Below, piece by piece: positions 49,501 through 58,618 of a stretch of DNA of 64,000 bases. The stretch comes from a virus (taxonomy: Duplodnaviria > Heunggongvirae > Uroviricota > Caudoviricetes). The stretch lies in the IMG/VR virus record IMGVR_UViG_3300027759_003944. One strand, 5' to 3'. Made by a program: the position numbers and the translations under genes. The notes beneath the pieces are model-generated. The model had not been told where the DNA came from. It searched no databases and was given only the letters and a program-made list of their open reading frames with translations. Every line of letters begins with the position of its first letter. Within the stretch, counting starts at the first letter, position 1.

Positions 49501-49777
49501 TATTGGTGATGTGCGGGTGGCTGGCGTAGTAAGTACAAATCCAGCACACATCATGAATGCCGGGCTTGAAGCTGAACATACAGCAGCCGTGGCACTGACA
49601 GGTCGTGTACCTACCTTGGTGGTTGGCCGAGTAACCAAAGGCGACATGATGGTCACAGCCGGTGGCGGCCGAGCACAAGCCTGTGCCGAACCGCGCATGG
49701 GTTCAGTAATTGGTAAAGCAGTACAAGATCATCCTGGCGGTCAGGGTGTGATTGAAATTGTTGTAGGAAGAATGTAA
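46553..49777 (+). CDS. Tail fibre with C-terminal intramolecular chaperone/autocleavage-like domain
   Basis: GN-repeat shaft. C-terminus SAQYADLAEWY...PGTVLIFGG...VAGVVSTNPAHIMN...VALTGRVP...KGDMMV...GSVIGKA is typical of peptidase G2/S74-type chaperone tails. Confidence 0.8.
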   Translation: MSYLGLQPNTPLLNTSTQTFSGNAVATQFTLARSVATASDLDVMIGSTLQRPFTDYIAGNVSLQFTSAPGAGANNITVTYRGGALNSLNLSASVFNAGTVATPSVVSLAANNTGLYWANASSMSVTVSGTNRATFMANAISISTDTGALIVDGGAGIDGNVNIGGRVAIVDTTESTSVSTGSFKTAGGVGVTGNLNVGGDITCVGDFTVNGTFTTTGTDSLAVTDPFIFLANNNPGDTYDSGVITQFYDGANIRYSGYFRDITDAKYKLFTNLLTQPTTTVDTTDPSFRYTDLILANLSATGNVTGTYFIGNGAALTGISSSTSNIFNANTTVAIAAVNANVNMVVNSAQIANVWSGGISVVGAVAASTTISATGNVIAGNVSTAGVITATGNITSAANVSAGNVLTGGAVSSAGNVTGGNIIGTTNISTTGSVVGGSLRTNGIVSAAGDIYGNNINATTDVNVSGKVVAVGDLSGANLTLSGYISATGNVTGSYFLGNGSALTGIDATSIQFGTSNVRVVSSGGNTSIGIGGTANIAVFSTLGANVTGWIGATGNLGAGGNVAFTGTTQNINIGTSQTTGNVTIGGAVQTGFIQIGQSTNPQTIAIGNGVTGTGNTKTIGVGENGAAGSTTLINVGPVTATTAAGLATFNTATRVAIANTGASALSVAGNVTGANILTGGSATATGNIVGGNIATAGLITATGNITGGNIITGGAVSITGASTAASYSATGNVTGGNVLTGGLMSSTGNATHGNIDTAGLITATGNIVATANVRGGNMIATTLVQGSIISATANVIATANVSGAYFLGTGISLSGNVISGISTTANITGGNLITTGIVSATGNITGGNLSGTSIVGTLTTASQTNITSVGTLGSLAVTANITGGNILTGGLISATGAITGAAITGTSLTVSTGTVTLGNVTNANGNGVGNIGSSSVYFNTVFAKATSAQYADLAEWYTADADYPPGTVLIFGGDKEVTQAIGIGDVRVAGVVSTNPAHIMNAGLEAEHTAAVALTGRVPTLVVGRVTKGDMMVTAGGGRAQACAEPRMGSVIGKAVQDHPGGQGVIEIVVGRM

Positions 49778-50169
49778 TGAGTTATTTAGGTAATACACCA
49801 CAGATTGGCCAGTATCGCAAAATGGATAACCTAGTGTTTGATGGAGTACAACAAACATTTGACATCAACATTGGTGGAGTTCCGTTCAACCCGCCCACTG
49901 CGTATGCCATGATGGTGAGTTTGAATGGTGTAGTATTGAATCCTGGTGTTAGTTTTTCAATATCAGGATCACAGATTAGTTTTGCAACGCCTCCGGCAGC
50001 ATTGACACCGTTCTTTGGCCTGCTGTTTGGAGATACGCTATATACAGGCACACCCAGCGATGCCACTGTGACCAACAGCAAAATCGCACAGGGTACAATT
50101 AATTACGACCGGTTCAGTGTCAACACACAAGCAACGTTGACAGCGAATCAAATCATATTTGGAGTTTAA
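49777..50169 (+). CDS. Small virion protein sharing an N-terminal domain with the 46553 fibre
   Basis: MSYLG start and FDGVQQTF...VSLNGVVLNP...ISGSQISFATPP parallel FSGNAVATQF...VMIGSTLQRP...IAGNVSLQFTSAP. Confidence 0.7.
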   Translation: MSYLGNTPQIGQYRKMDNLVFDGVQQTFDINIGGVPFNPPTAYAMMVSLNGVVLNPGVSFSISGSQISFATPPAALTPFFGLLFGDTLYTGTPSDATVTNSKIAQGTINYDRFSVNTQATLTANQIIFGV

Positions 50170-50172
50170 GAA

Positions 50173-53100
50173 ATGGCAAGAAAAAGAATATACGAGTACG
50201 TATTCACACCAGGCACAGCAGGTCTAGGCACTGTACAGGTCCAGGATCGTATCAACCTGGAGGACTTCTTGGCCATATACGACACCACAACCAATACGTC
50301 AATCTACAACTTTGGAGCACCCACACAAGGCGGCACAGTTAGTTGGTCAGCAGGTACTATTGCTGGCCTTCCCAACGCCTATGCAGGGGTGACCACACTG
50401 AACTTGGATCTAGATACATCAACATTGAGTGCCAACGATAAACTGGCCATCTATGTGGAAGATCGCAACATCAGCACACAACCCTGGGAGTTTGGATTAG
50501 ATGCCATTGGTCGTGCGAGAACCAGCAATCCAGAATCCCTGATCGACGCTGACTTTGAATATGGCTTGCAAAATACCAAATGGCAGAACGTTTCAACCAT
50601 CAACAACATTCCCAGTTTCTACGAAGATGTTGGTGCTGACTTGGTGTACAATACCAATGGCTATGCCACATTGTTGAGCAGTACCAACTTGCTGACCAGC
50701 AACGTTGACACATCAGTTAACACAGCAGATGCTGGCACACCACCGTTTATTGACAATGACTATGCGCTGTTGATCAGCCAAACACAAGGCAACGTCACAC
50801 CATTTGTGTCAAGTTATCTCACTGCCAACGTCAACAGTTCAGCAGAACGCACATTTACTGTGGCCAGTTCCACAGGTCTATCTGCGCTGGACAACATTAT
50901 GTTGATTGGTTTGCCTACTTCGGGCGGAACCACTATCGCCGTGGCGAATATTACCAGTAATGCTACCACCACGGTCAACGTGACCTCAGCAGCAGGTGCT
51001 GGTATTGTGACTGGTACTTATGTTATTGCTCAAACTGCCACTGCCAACGTTTATGAAGTGATGGCAGTGACTTCGGTATCAACCAATGCACTCACTGTGG
51101 TGCGTCAAAGCAATGGTACCAATCCCAGTTCCGCAAACATCAACATTGGTGCCAATATATTTGTTGCCAGCACTATTGAAGTTGCACAAGTACAAGAAGT
51201 AACAGATAGCACCACACTGCAACTAAATCGCGGTTGGTACAACATTCCTGCAGCCAACACATTCCCCACTGGTACAGTGTTCCAGAAGTTGAGCAGTAAC
51301 GTGGAACTGGTCAAAATGACCACCGCCAGTACAGCAGTCAACGGTACACAAACCATCAGCCGCACACAATTCAACACCACAGCACTCACAACAGCAGGCA
51401 TTGGATCACCACTAATCCGCATGACCGGTATATTTTATGGTGGTTCAAACACCATTCCCACAATCACAGTCAACGTTACAGACACACCGCTGGATGCCAA
51501 CGAATATGTGAGTTTACAAAATACTTCAGCAACCAATGCTGAAGGTATCAACATTGTGTTCTTGGGCGAAACCAATAACTTTGCTTACTATCCACGCCGA
51601 GCACTCAACGTGGCTGCAGGGTATCCAGTCAACCAAACTGACACCGCAGTACGTCAAGCATTTCCTTACTCAGGTGCTGACCTTGACGTTGTGAGCGTGG
51701 CCAGCGATGGTGGCAATCCCAGCATCATCACTATAACCACACAGTATGCACACGGATTGTTTCCAGGATGCCCAATCACTGTGGACATGACCGCAGGCAC
51801 CAACACCAGTTATTCAGAAGGTTCATTCATTGTGAATGCCATTCCCAGCACTACCACATTCCAGTACACTGCTAGAACAGGTGCCATAGTTGGCGGAAGT
51901 CTAGCAGCCACCGTCAACGTGCGAAGCAATGCTGTGTTCCAATCAAGACCGTTTGATGGCGGTGTGCTCATGGGACCAGGCACCCCCACACGTGGAGCAA
52001 GTGCAACTCGTGTGACCAAAAAATACTTCCGCTACCAGTCTGGTAAAGGCATTTTGTTCAGCACAGGTACTGTGTTAGCCCCTACTTTGGACGTGTCCTC
52101 AGTTACATCAAGTGGTACTGCTATCAACAGCAATATCACAATCACCACAGACCTTGAACATGGGCTCAATGCTGGTGCAACCATCACATTAAGCGGTATT
52201 ACCACGTCAGGCTATGATGACACTGGATATGTGGTCACAACCATCACCAGCGACGTTGCGTTTGTGGTACAAGCGCAAAACTTACTGGGCAGTGCAACTC
52301 CTGTGTTGGGGCAACAACCTCGTATCAATGTCACTGGCTGGAGCGGGTCATGTATTCGTGCAGGCCTGTTTGATGATCAAAATGGCTTGTTCTGGGAAAA
52401 CAATGGAGTTAGTGTAAATGCAGTACAACGTACCAGCACATTCCAAACAGCAGGCTTGGTCAACGTCAGCGTTGGCTCCAACCTTGTGACCGGTGACGGC
52501 AACTGCCGCTTCCAAGATCAACTGAATGTGGGCGATGTAGTTGTGATCCGTGGTATGACACACAGTGTTGCGTCAATCACCAACAACAACAGAATGACAG
52601 TTGTGCCCACATTCCGTGGCGTGGCCAATCAAACTCGTGTGAAAATGGCTTTGCGCAATGAAATTCGTGTGCGCCAAGCGGACTTCAACATTGATCCACT
52701 TGACGGCACAGGCGCATCAGGCTTCAATCTTGATGCCAGCAAAATGCAGATGTATGCCTTGGAATATTCCTGGTATGGTGCTGGTACAGTTATCTGGATG
52801 TTGCGTGGACAAGATGGCAAGTTTAATTGGGCACACAGACGTCCCAACAACAACATCAGCAATGAAGCCTACATGCGTTCAGGTAACTTGCCTGCACGTT
52901 ATGAAGCCATCAACGAAACTCCAGTGAACTCATTGAACGGTGCTATTACGGACAGTCAAACCACAATCACCCTGAGAGATGCCACAGACTATCCTCCGGC
53001 CAGTGTAACATATCCTTCGTATGTGATGATTGACAGTGAGGTCATCAAGTATTCAGGCAAGAATGGTAACGATCTAACTGGTTGCACACGTGCCGCAACA

Positions 53101-54129
53101 TTCACACAGTGGGCCGAAGGACAAAGTCGCAGTTATACCAGCAGTGCGGCCACCAGCCACTTGGACAATTCAGGTGTGATATTGATTAGTAACACTTGTG
53201 TACCCTTGGTAAGTCACTGGGGTTCAGCAGTTATCATGGACGGTAATTTCAACGGTGACGAGGGCTTCTCATTCACATACAATCGCAGCAACTATGGTCT
53301 ACCAGCCACAACTGGTGCCAGCCAAACTGCGTTCTTGATGCGCCTGGCTCCCAGTGTTTCAAACAGTGTTATTGGTGACTTGGGCCAACGTGACTTGATC
53401 AATCGTGCGCAGTTGACCCTGCAAACGCTGACAGTGAATGTGAGTGCGGGACGATACATTGTGACAGGTATTTTGAATCCCAACAACATTGACTCGGCTA
53501 ACACTGTGTGGTCAGGACTAAACAATGCTGGTGGTGGTTTCCAGCCTAGTTTTACACAATTTGCTGTGGCTCCTCGATACTCAAACGAAACCACAGGTGG
53601 TGTACAGGCCGCTCCGTTGAACACAACTGGTGGCTTCTCGCGATCAGGCACCATGGTCAGTTCAAGCAGTGTTAAAACATTCTCTGGATTGGGCCTGACC
53701 AATATATCAAGTTCTGGTTCAACCGCCAACGTTACTGTGCAGTTGCAGGCATTAAAAACCGCGTATTCAACCACTACCACAAGTATTACAGTACAGAATC
53801 CTGGCACAGGATATGCCGTGGGCGATACTGTGAAGATTCTTGGTAGTGCATTGGGCGGAACAAGTCCTGCCAACGACTTGTTCATGACAGTGGCTGCGGT
53901 ATCAGCAGACATCACCGGTGGCGAACGGTTGTTTGCTATTCCAATTCAGGCCACAGGTGTGAACAACTTGGATCTAACACAGATCAAACAGATTGGTCAA
54001 AGTTCAATTCCGGGCACAGGCACCTACCCCAATGGTCCAGAAGTACTGGCTGTGGTGATCACTGCGCTGAGCGCACAATCAAGTCCGGTGGGTGAGATTC
54101 AGTTGAGTTTCCAGGAAAGCCAGGCTTAA
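50173..54129 (+). CDS. Large virion structural protein (baseplate/fibre-associated)
   Basis: 1318 aa, Thr/Ser/Gly-rich and beta-type, with SNPESLIDADFEYGLQNTKWQ and TKKYFRYQSGKG. Last gene of the fibre operon. Confidence 0.7.
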   Translation: MARKRIYEYVFTPGTAGLGTVQVQDRINLEDFLAIYDTTTNTSIYNFGAPTQGGTVSWSAGTIAGLPNAYAGVTTLNLDLDTSTLSANDKLAIYVEDRNISTQPWEFGLDAIGRARTSNPESLIDADFEYGLQNTKWQNVSTINNIPSFYEDVGADLVYNTNGYATLLSSTNLLTSNVDTSVNTADAGTPPFIDNDYALLISQTQGNVTPFVSSYLTANVNSSAERTFTVASSTGLSALDNIMLIGLPTSGGTTIAVANITSNATTTVNVTSAAGAGIVTGTYVIAQTATANVYEVMAVTSVSTNALTVVRQSNGTNPSSANINIGANIFVASTIEVAQVQEVTDSTTLQLNRGWYNIPAANTFPTGTVFQKLSSNVELVKMTTASTAVNGTQTISRTQFNTTALTTAGIGSPLIRMTGIFYGGSNTIPTITVNVTDTPLDANEYVSLQNTSATNAEGINIVFLGETNNFAYYPRRALNVAAGYPVNQTDTAVRQAFPYSGADLDVVSVASDGGNPSIITITTQYAHGLFPGCPITVDMTAGTNTSYSEGSFIVNAIPSTTTFQYTARTGAIVGGSLAATVNVRSNAVFQSRPFDGGVLMGPGTPTRGASATRVTKKYFRYQSGKGILFSTGTVLAPTLDVSSVTSSGTAINSNITITTDLEHGLNAGATITLSGITTSGYDDTGYVVTTITSDVAFVVQAQNLLGSATPVLGQQPRINVTGWSGSCIRAGLFDDQNGLFWENNGVSVNAVQRTSTFQTAGLVNVSVGSNLVTGDGNCRFQDQLNVGDVVVIRGMTHSVASITNNNRMTVVPTFRGVANQTRVKMALRNEIRVRQADFNIDPLDGTGASGFNLDASKMQMYALEYSWYGAGTVIWMLRGQDGKFNWAHRRPNNNISNEAYMRSGNLPARYEAINETPVNSLNGAITDSQTTITLRDATDYPPASVTYPSYVMIDSEVIKYSGKNGNDLTGCTRAATFTQWAEGQSRSYTSSAATSHLDNSGVILISNTCVPLVSHWGSAVIMDGNFNGDEGFSFTYNRSNYGLPATTGASQTAFLMRLAPSVSNSVIGDLGQRDLINRAQLTLQTLTVNVSAGRYIVTGILNPNNIDSANTVWSGLNNAGGGFQPSFTQFAVAPRYSNETTGGVQAAPLNTTGGFSRSGTMVSSSSVKTFSGLGLTNISSSGSTANVTVQLQALKTAYSTTTTSITVQNPGTGYAVGDTVKILGSALGGTSPANDLFMTVAAVSADITGGERLFAIPIQATGVNNLDLTQIKQIGQSSIPGTGTYPNGPEVLAVVITALSAQSSPVGEIQLSFQESQA

Positions 54130-54551
54130 ACGCCAGCAGCAAGATACCGCTCCACAGTGTCTATCTTGCTTTGCACGGCTTCTATATTCACAGTTGACCA
54201 CAGGCCAGGATGCATGGGTCTGGGCCATTGACCACGGTCAATCCAAGCATAGCCCATGTGTTCGTCGTTCAGCACCGGCACAAATTCATCTGTGACAACA
54301 CACACCCAGGTGTTGTATTCAAATTGTGAATCTGCTGATGTAAATTTTTCTAGTGGCACCAAGCGTTGATACTCGGGCATGCTGCCCAGTTCTTCAATGC
54401 ATTCACGTTCCATGGCACCCAGTAATGTTTCACCTGTTTCTACCTTGCCACCAGGCAGTCCCCAGGATCCAGGGTGTCGTGTGTCATTGCGTAGCAAGTA
54501 CAGATAACGTCCGGTGGCACTGCTGCGAAACCAAACTCCCACTGCCTTCAC
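54126..54551 (-). CDS. NUDIX hydrolase
   Basis: Nudix box GGKVETGETLLGAMERECIEELG. GTG start placed at 54551, overlapping the upstream TGA (GTGA). Confidence 0.88.
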   Translation of the reverse strand: MKAVGVWFRSSATGRYLYLLRNDTRHPGSWGLPGGKVETGETLLGAMERECIEELGSMPEYQRLVPLEKFTSADSQFEYNTWVCVVTDEFVPVLNDEHMGYAWIDRGQWPRPMHPGLWSTVNIEAVQSKIDTVERYLAAGV

Positions 54552-55951
54552 AACACAATCCTCCAGGTACCTCCTGGATATGCACCTTGATAACTCTTGA
54601 CCCAGGCATCTCCCATCCAACGATACTGAATGCTTGTGGTAAGATTTGTTACATACTGTGTGGTGTTGGTTTCTGTGGCAGCACGGAATACCACACGCCA
54701 GTAGTTGTTGCTGTACTGAACAATATCATTGGCCTGTGCCACAAGTCCACGACCATTGGCACCAACCCAAGCACTTGCTGGATCGGGATTGTCCATGGAT
54801 CCTGTGTCTTCGGTCAGCAAGTATCGTTGCCCTTCCAGGGCAGAATCCAGGCCATCACCAGGTCCGGATGTCAGCGGGTTGATCACAGCGTCGATGGGAT
54901 CTAGTGTGTTTTGTGGGGTAGTATCAATGTCCACATCAAACAACAAGAATCTGTCGTCGTTGGGATCCAGGGCAACTGTACCCACAATTTCAGTGTCGTC
55001 GGGCTGTATTAGCCGTATTTGACTGATACCAGGACGCAATGATCCGTACAAGTCGATCACTGCTGGCCACAGCAGGTTTGAATCAGGCACGATTTCAGTA
55101 GGGGTCAATGAGTCGTTGCTGGGCTCTTGTGTGAGATACTTTTGTTGCAAACACTGTAGTTTGTTGCCAATCAACACAACAGCCCAGTTGAATGGTGTGA
55201 TAACTTGTCTGGTGCCCATCAACAGGTCTTCATTGTCAATGGCATTGTTCAAATCACCTTGTGCATCGTACATTGAAGCAATCACACGCTCAATCACACC
55301 CAGTTTCAACACTTTGGCAGGCGGTGATATCCAGATTGGCATGCTGAATTGCAGTGTGGCAATGTCAATGGGATTTTCTGTGCTGATAGGCACTGTGCGG
55401 CTTGACCAGGTGGTGCGATCCAGGTACATCACACTCAAACTGGTCCAGTCAATGTAGTTGTCTGTGCTTTGAATTTCCAAACTGGGATTGAACAGTGTGA
55501 GAACCTGTTCCAACAACTGCAATTTTTGATTGGTATTACTTGTCCATATGTCCAAATTGATGGTGAGTTTGAATGGCACAGGCATCAATCGCTCAATGGT
55601 AAATGCATTGCCTTGTGTGGTTTCGTAGGTCTCTGTGGCAGGATCATAAGCCTGTTGACGCACATTGATTCTGCTCACAAAGTAAGGATCCTGCATGCGA
55701 CTTTGTTCATAGTCCAGGCCAGTGATGTAAAATGTCATCAGTGGAGTTGAAGGCAAACTGTTGCGGCTGTTTTCCTGCAAGATGGTTTGTGCATTACGAG
55801 TGGCATCACCATAGCGCACAGGCACACGTATCAAGGCGGCAGCATTGACGCCTTCGTTTTCGTTGGCATACTCCACTTGGAAACCTGAAAAGATTCTTGT
55901 GAACTGCAACAAGAATCTGCGTATTTGCTCGTCATAAAAAAATTGTTGCAT
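54548..55951 (-). CDS. gp15: Tail terminator/sheath stabiliser, gp15-like, with C-terminal extension
   Basis: FFYDEQIRRFLLQFTRIFSGF, VPVRYGD and MPVPFKLTINLDIWTSNTNQKLQLLEQVLTLFNP. Confidence 0.85.
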   Translation of the reverse strand: MQQFFYDEQIRRFLLQFTRIFSGFQVEYANENEGVNAAALIRVPVRYGDATRNAQTILQENSRNSLPSTPLMTFYITGLDYEQSRMQDPYFVSRINVRQQAYDPATETYETTQGNAFTIERLMPVPFKLTINLDIWTSNTNQKLQLLEQVLTLFNPSLEIQSTDNYIDWTSLSVMYLDRTTWSSRTVPISTENPIDIATLQFSMPIWISPPAKVLKLGVIERVIASMYDAQGDLNNAIDNEDLLMGTRQVITPFNWAVVLIGNKLQCLQQKYLTQEPSNDSLTPTEIVPDSNLLWPAVIDLYGSLRPGISQIRLIQPDDTEIVGTVALDPNDDRFLLFDVDIDTTPQNTLDPIDAVINPLTSGPGDGLDSALEGQRYLLTEDTGSMDNPDPASAWVGANGRGLVAQANDIVQYSNNYWRVVFRAATETNTTQYVTNLTTSIQYRWMGDAWVKSYQGAYPGGTWRIVL

Positions 55952-57366
55952 TATGTTCCTGGCGGTAAGAAGCCACCTTGATCACCATTGTCTGCTTGGG
56001 GACGAAGAATTTCGCTCAGGCTTTGACGACTTGGAATGTTGCCCAAGTCTTTGGTGCTGACAGTAGCAGTGTTATTTACGAAGCCGCTGCGCAGTGTTTT
56101 ATTTGTTGGTCCATTGTTGAGATTGGTGCGGACCTTGTCATCAACTTTGACCCAACGTGCGCCATCATAACGAAACAAACGATTGGGTTTGTAATCCAGG
56201 CGTAACACATAAGCACCTGCCACAGGATTTGGAGGAAAGTTCACCGCAGGAGTAACTGGCAAGCCATTGGGTGCTGTGCCACCACCAGTGAGATATCCTG
56301 CGGCATAGCCTTCGCCTGTGGGCGTCACGCTCATGCCGCCTTGTGTGCCATCCACAGAGAGACTTTCGTCAGCAGTCAAACTGGTAGGATTAGCAGGTCC
56401 ACCTGTGGTTGTGGTGGATTCAATGTAGAATGTGGTATTGTCGTAGCCCGACAGCGGCACTTCTACATCTGCTTGTGCCAAGATAGCGTCATTGATTTCA
56501 TAGTCTTTCTGACGAGTACCTTGCACATCACTGATGGTGCTTGGTGTGTACTCTTGCCAAAACGTAGTATTTGTAATATCGGTATCAGCAGGCACATTGC
56601 TTTGTGCTTGGTAATAAGTGTTACCATAGTTTACAATGGTACCAGTGGGATAAAAATTGCCCGGATCCCATATATTTTCTTGAACAAACGGCTTGTTGGT
56701 AATGGTGTTGAATTCTTGCTGATCTTTCATTGGTGTGCATTTCACACGCCACAAGTGAGGTAACCAGGTTACTGAAAATCCTTCTGACGCAAAGTCTGAA
56801 TCTTGTATCACATAGTATCTAGGCAAGGCCCGGGGTATGGCCTGACTCAACGGATGATAGTCTTTCAAGTTGGGAATTTCTATCACATCGCCGTTCATGA
56901 GTTTGCGACCAAACGCATCAATCATGTCGTTGTAGTGAAACGTCATGAATATGGTGTCGTTGTTTAAAAACAAACCAAACTGTGTCAAGTCAAAGTCCAC
57001 ATCTTGTGTGTTGTACACACCGCGCATGACATACACATCTGGATCATAAACTCTGTCGCGATTTTCCAGCAACAACAAGTCTTGAATGTTTAGCACATCC
57101 ACTGTGTCGTATATAGGCTGTGTGGCATCAAAGTTGCTGGCAGCAGTGTCAACTTGAGTGGACAAATTAAGACCAAGTTGTGTTTGTAAATTTTTGTCAT
57201 CTTGTGTTGTAATTACTTGTGCCGCAGTCCGCCCGCCCGCCTGCGGTCCCATGTATTTGTGAACATAAATGTCCAAGCCGCCCACAGTGTACATTTCACT
57301 AATAGTGCGGTCCAAAAATTGATAGTCTCTGGTGCGATTGGGGCGGAATAGGGATAAGCGTGGCAT
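55951..57366 (-). CDS. gp14: Neck/head-closure protein, gp14-like
   Basis: DLLLLENRDRVYD...LTQFGLFLNNDTIFMTFH...GDVIEIP...YYVIQ...WLPHLWRVKC. TATAAATA at 57378-57371 (-). Confidence 0.8.
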   Translation of the reverse strand: MPRLSLFRPNRTRDYQFLDRTISEMYTVGGLDIYVHKYMGPQAGGRTAAQVITTQDDKNLQTQLGLNLSTQVDTAASNFDATQPIYDTVDVLNIQDLLLLENRDRVYDPDVYVMRGVYNTQDVDFDLTQFGLFLNNDTIFMTFHYNDMIDAFGRKLMNGDVIEIPNLKDYHPLSQAIPRALPRYYVIQDSDFASEGFSVTWLPHLWRVKCTPMKDQQEFNTITNKPFVQENIWDPGNFYPTGTIVNYGNTYYQAQSNVPADTDITNTTFWQEYTPSTISDVQGTRQKDYEINDAILAQADVEVPLSGYDNTTFYIESTTTTGGPANPTSLTADESLSVDGTQGGMSVTPTGEGYAAGYLTGGGTAPNGLPVTPAVNFPPNPVAGAYVLRLDYKPNRLFRYDGARWVKVDDKVRTNLNNGPTNKTLRSGFVNNTATVSTKDLGNIPSRQSLSEILRPQADNGDQGGFLPPGT

Positions 57367-57404
57367 GTTATATTTATAGTACTTTGGGTTTACCGTTTGG
57401 CGGG

Positions 57405-57433
57405 TTGACCAATAAATCTTTTTCTGCTATAAT
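57405..57433 (+). promoter_or_regulatory. Near-consensus sigma70 promoter
   Basis: TTGACC, 17-nt spacer ending in TGc, then TATAAT. Confidence 0.85.
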
Positions 57434-57459
57434 TACGTATAAATTTACCAGGAGCCCAC

Positions 57460-58596
57460 ATGAACGCAACACGAATCGCTGTCAAGCCGCTGAACCCGCG
57501 CAGTCCTGATACCAAATACACAGGACTGGAACCCACATGGCGTGTGCAACCCACAGATGATCGCACCAGCCAACTCAGTGCTGCCTTTTCATGGTACAAT
57601 TATTTCTACGGCAAAAAGGACGCCCGTGAAATGTTAGTGGCTTATTTGGAAAGCCATGGCCGCAAAGCAGATGTTCGTGCATTGAAAGGTGTGCCAGATT
57701 CAGCAGTTCGATTGACCACTGCATGGCTGTGCCGCATGAGCATGGTGGGACTGGAACTTACAGACACTGAAACAGTTCGGTTAGAAGGCTACATCCAAGA
57801 AATTCTCAAAGCACGTGAACCCGAAGTGGTGGTAGCAGAAGCGGTCCCTGTGGTGTCCAAGCCCAACATTCAAGACCGGTTGCGTGAAAAGGTGTCGGAA
57901 TGTGCCGGTGAATTAGATGGCATGTTTGATGAGTTTGTGACAGCAGGTGCCAAAATGTCAGCAGACTACAAGCCAATCATGGTGATCCGTGGCCTAAATG
58001 TAGCACCTCAAATGATTTCAGATATTGCTAACTTGTGGAAGCACAAACTTGCAGAGTTTGAAACAGTGATTGAGGGCAAGGATGCACAGTTGGTTGAGGG
58101 CTACAGCAACTTCAGCAAAATTCAAATGCGTAATCTTGTGAAGTTTTGCGAAGCAGTGATCAATGACTGCGGTGCGTATGTGCAGATCAAGAAAGTTGAA
58201 CGCAAGCCGCGCAAGGTCAAGTCAGTGCCACCTGAGAAACGTGCCGCAAAATTCAAAATCATGATGGAATTTGCAGAACTCAAACTCAAAGGATTACCGG
58301 CTGCAAGTCTTGTGGACAAAGCCGAAGCCTGGTTGTATGACACCAAAAAGCGCAAGTTGATCCACCTTGTGGCTGACAGTCACACACAGGCATTCACTGT
58401 GAAAAGCAACAGCATTATTGGCTTCAGCACCATTGAGACCATGCAGAAAACTGTACGCAAGCCAGCAGAGGTTGTCAAAGCAGTACAAGCCGCAGGCAAG
58501 CCGGCAGCACGTAAGATCTACAAAGATCTCTCCACAACAGAAACCGCGTTTAACGGACGCGGAACTGAGAACTTGGTCATACTCAAAGCCTGGTAA
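57460..58596 (+). CDS. Hypothetical early protein with basic C-terminal domain
   Basis: 378 aa behind a strong sigma70 promoter, with SD AGGAG. Family not recognised. Confidence 0.75.
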   Translation: MNATRIAVKPLNPRSPDTKYTGLEPTWRVQPTDDRTSQLSAAFSWYNYFYGKKDAREMLVAYLESHGRKADVRALKGVPDSAVRLTTAWLCRMSMVGLELTDTETVRLEGYIQEILKAREPEVVVAEAVPVVSKPNIQDRLREKVSECAGELDGMFDEFVTAGAKMSADYKPIMVIRGLNVAPQMISDIANLWKHKLAEFETVIEGKDAQLVEGYSNFSKIQMRNLVKFCEAVINDCGAYVQIKKVERKPRKVKSVPPEKRAAKFKIMMEFAELKLKGLPAASLVDKAEAWLYDTKKRKLIHLVADSHTQAFTVKSNSIIGFSTIETMQKTVRKPAEVVKAVQAAGKPAARKIYKDLSTTETAFNGRGTENLVILKAW

Positions 58597-58618
58597 ATAC
58601 AGGGACTTGGAGTCCCAC

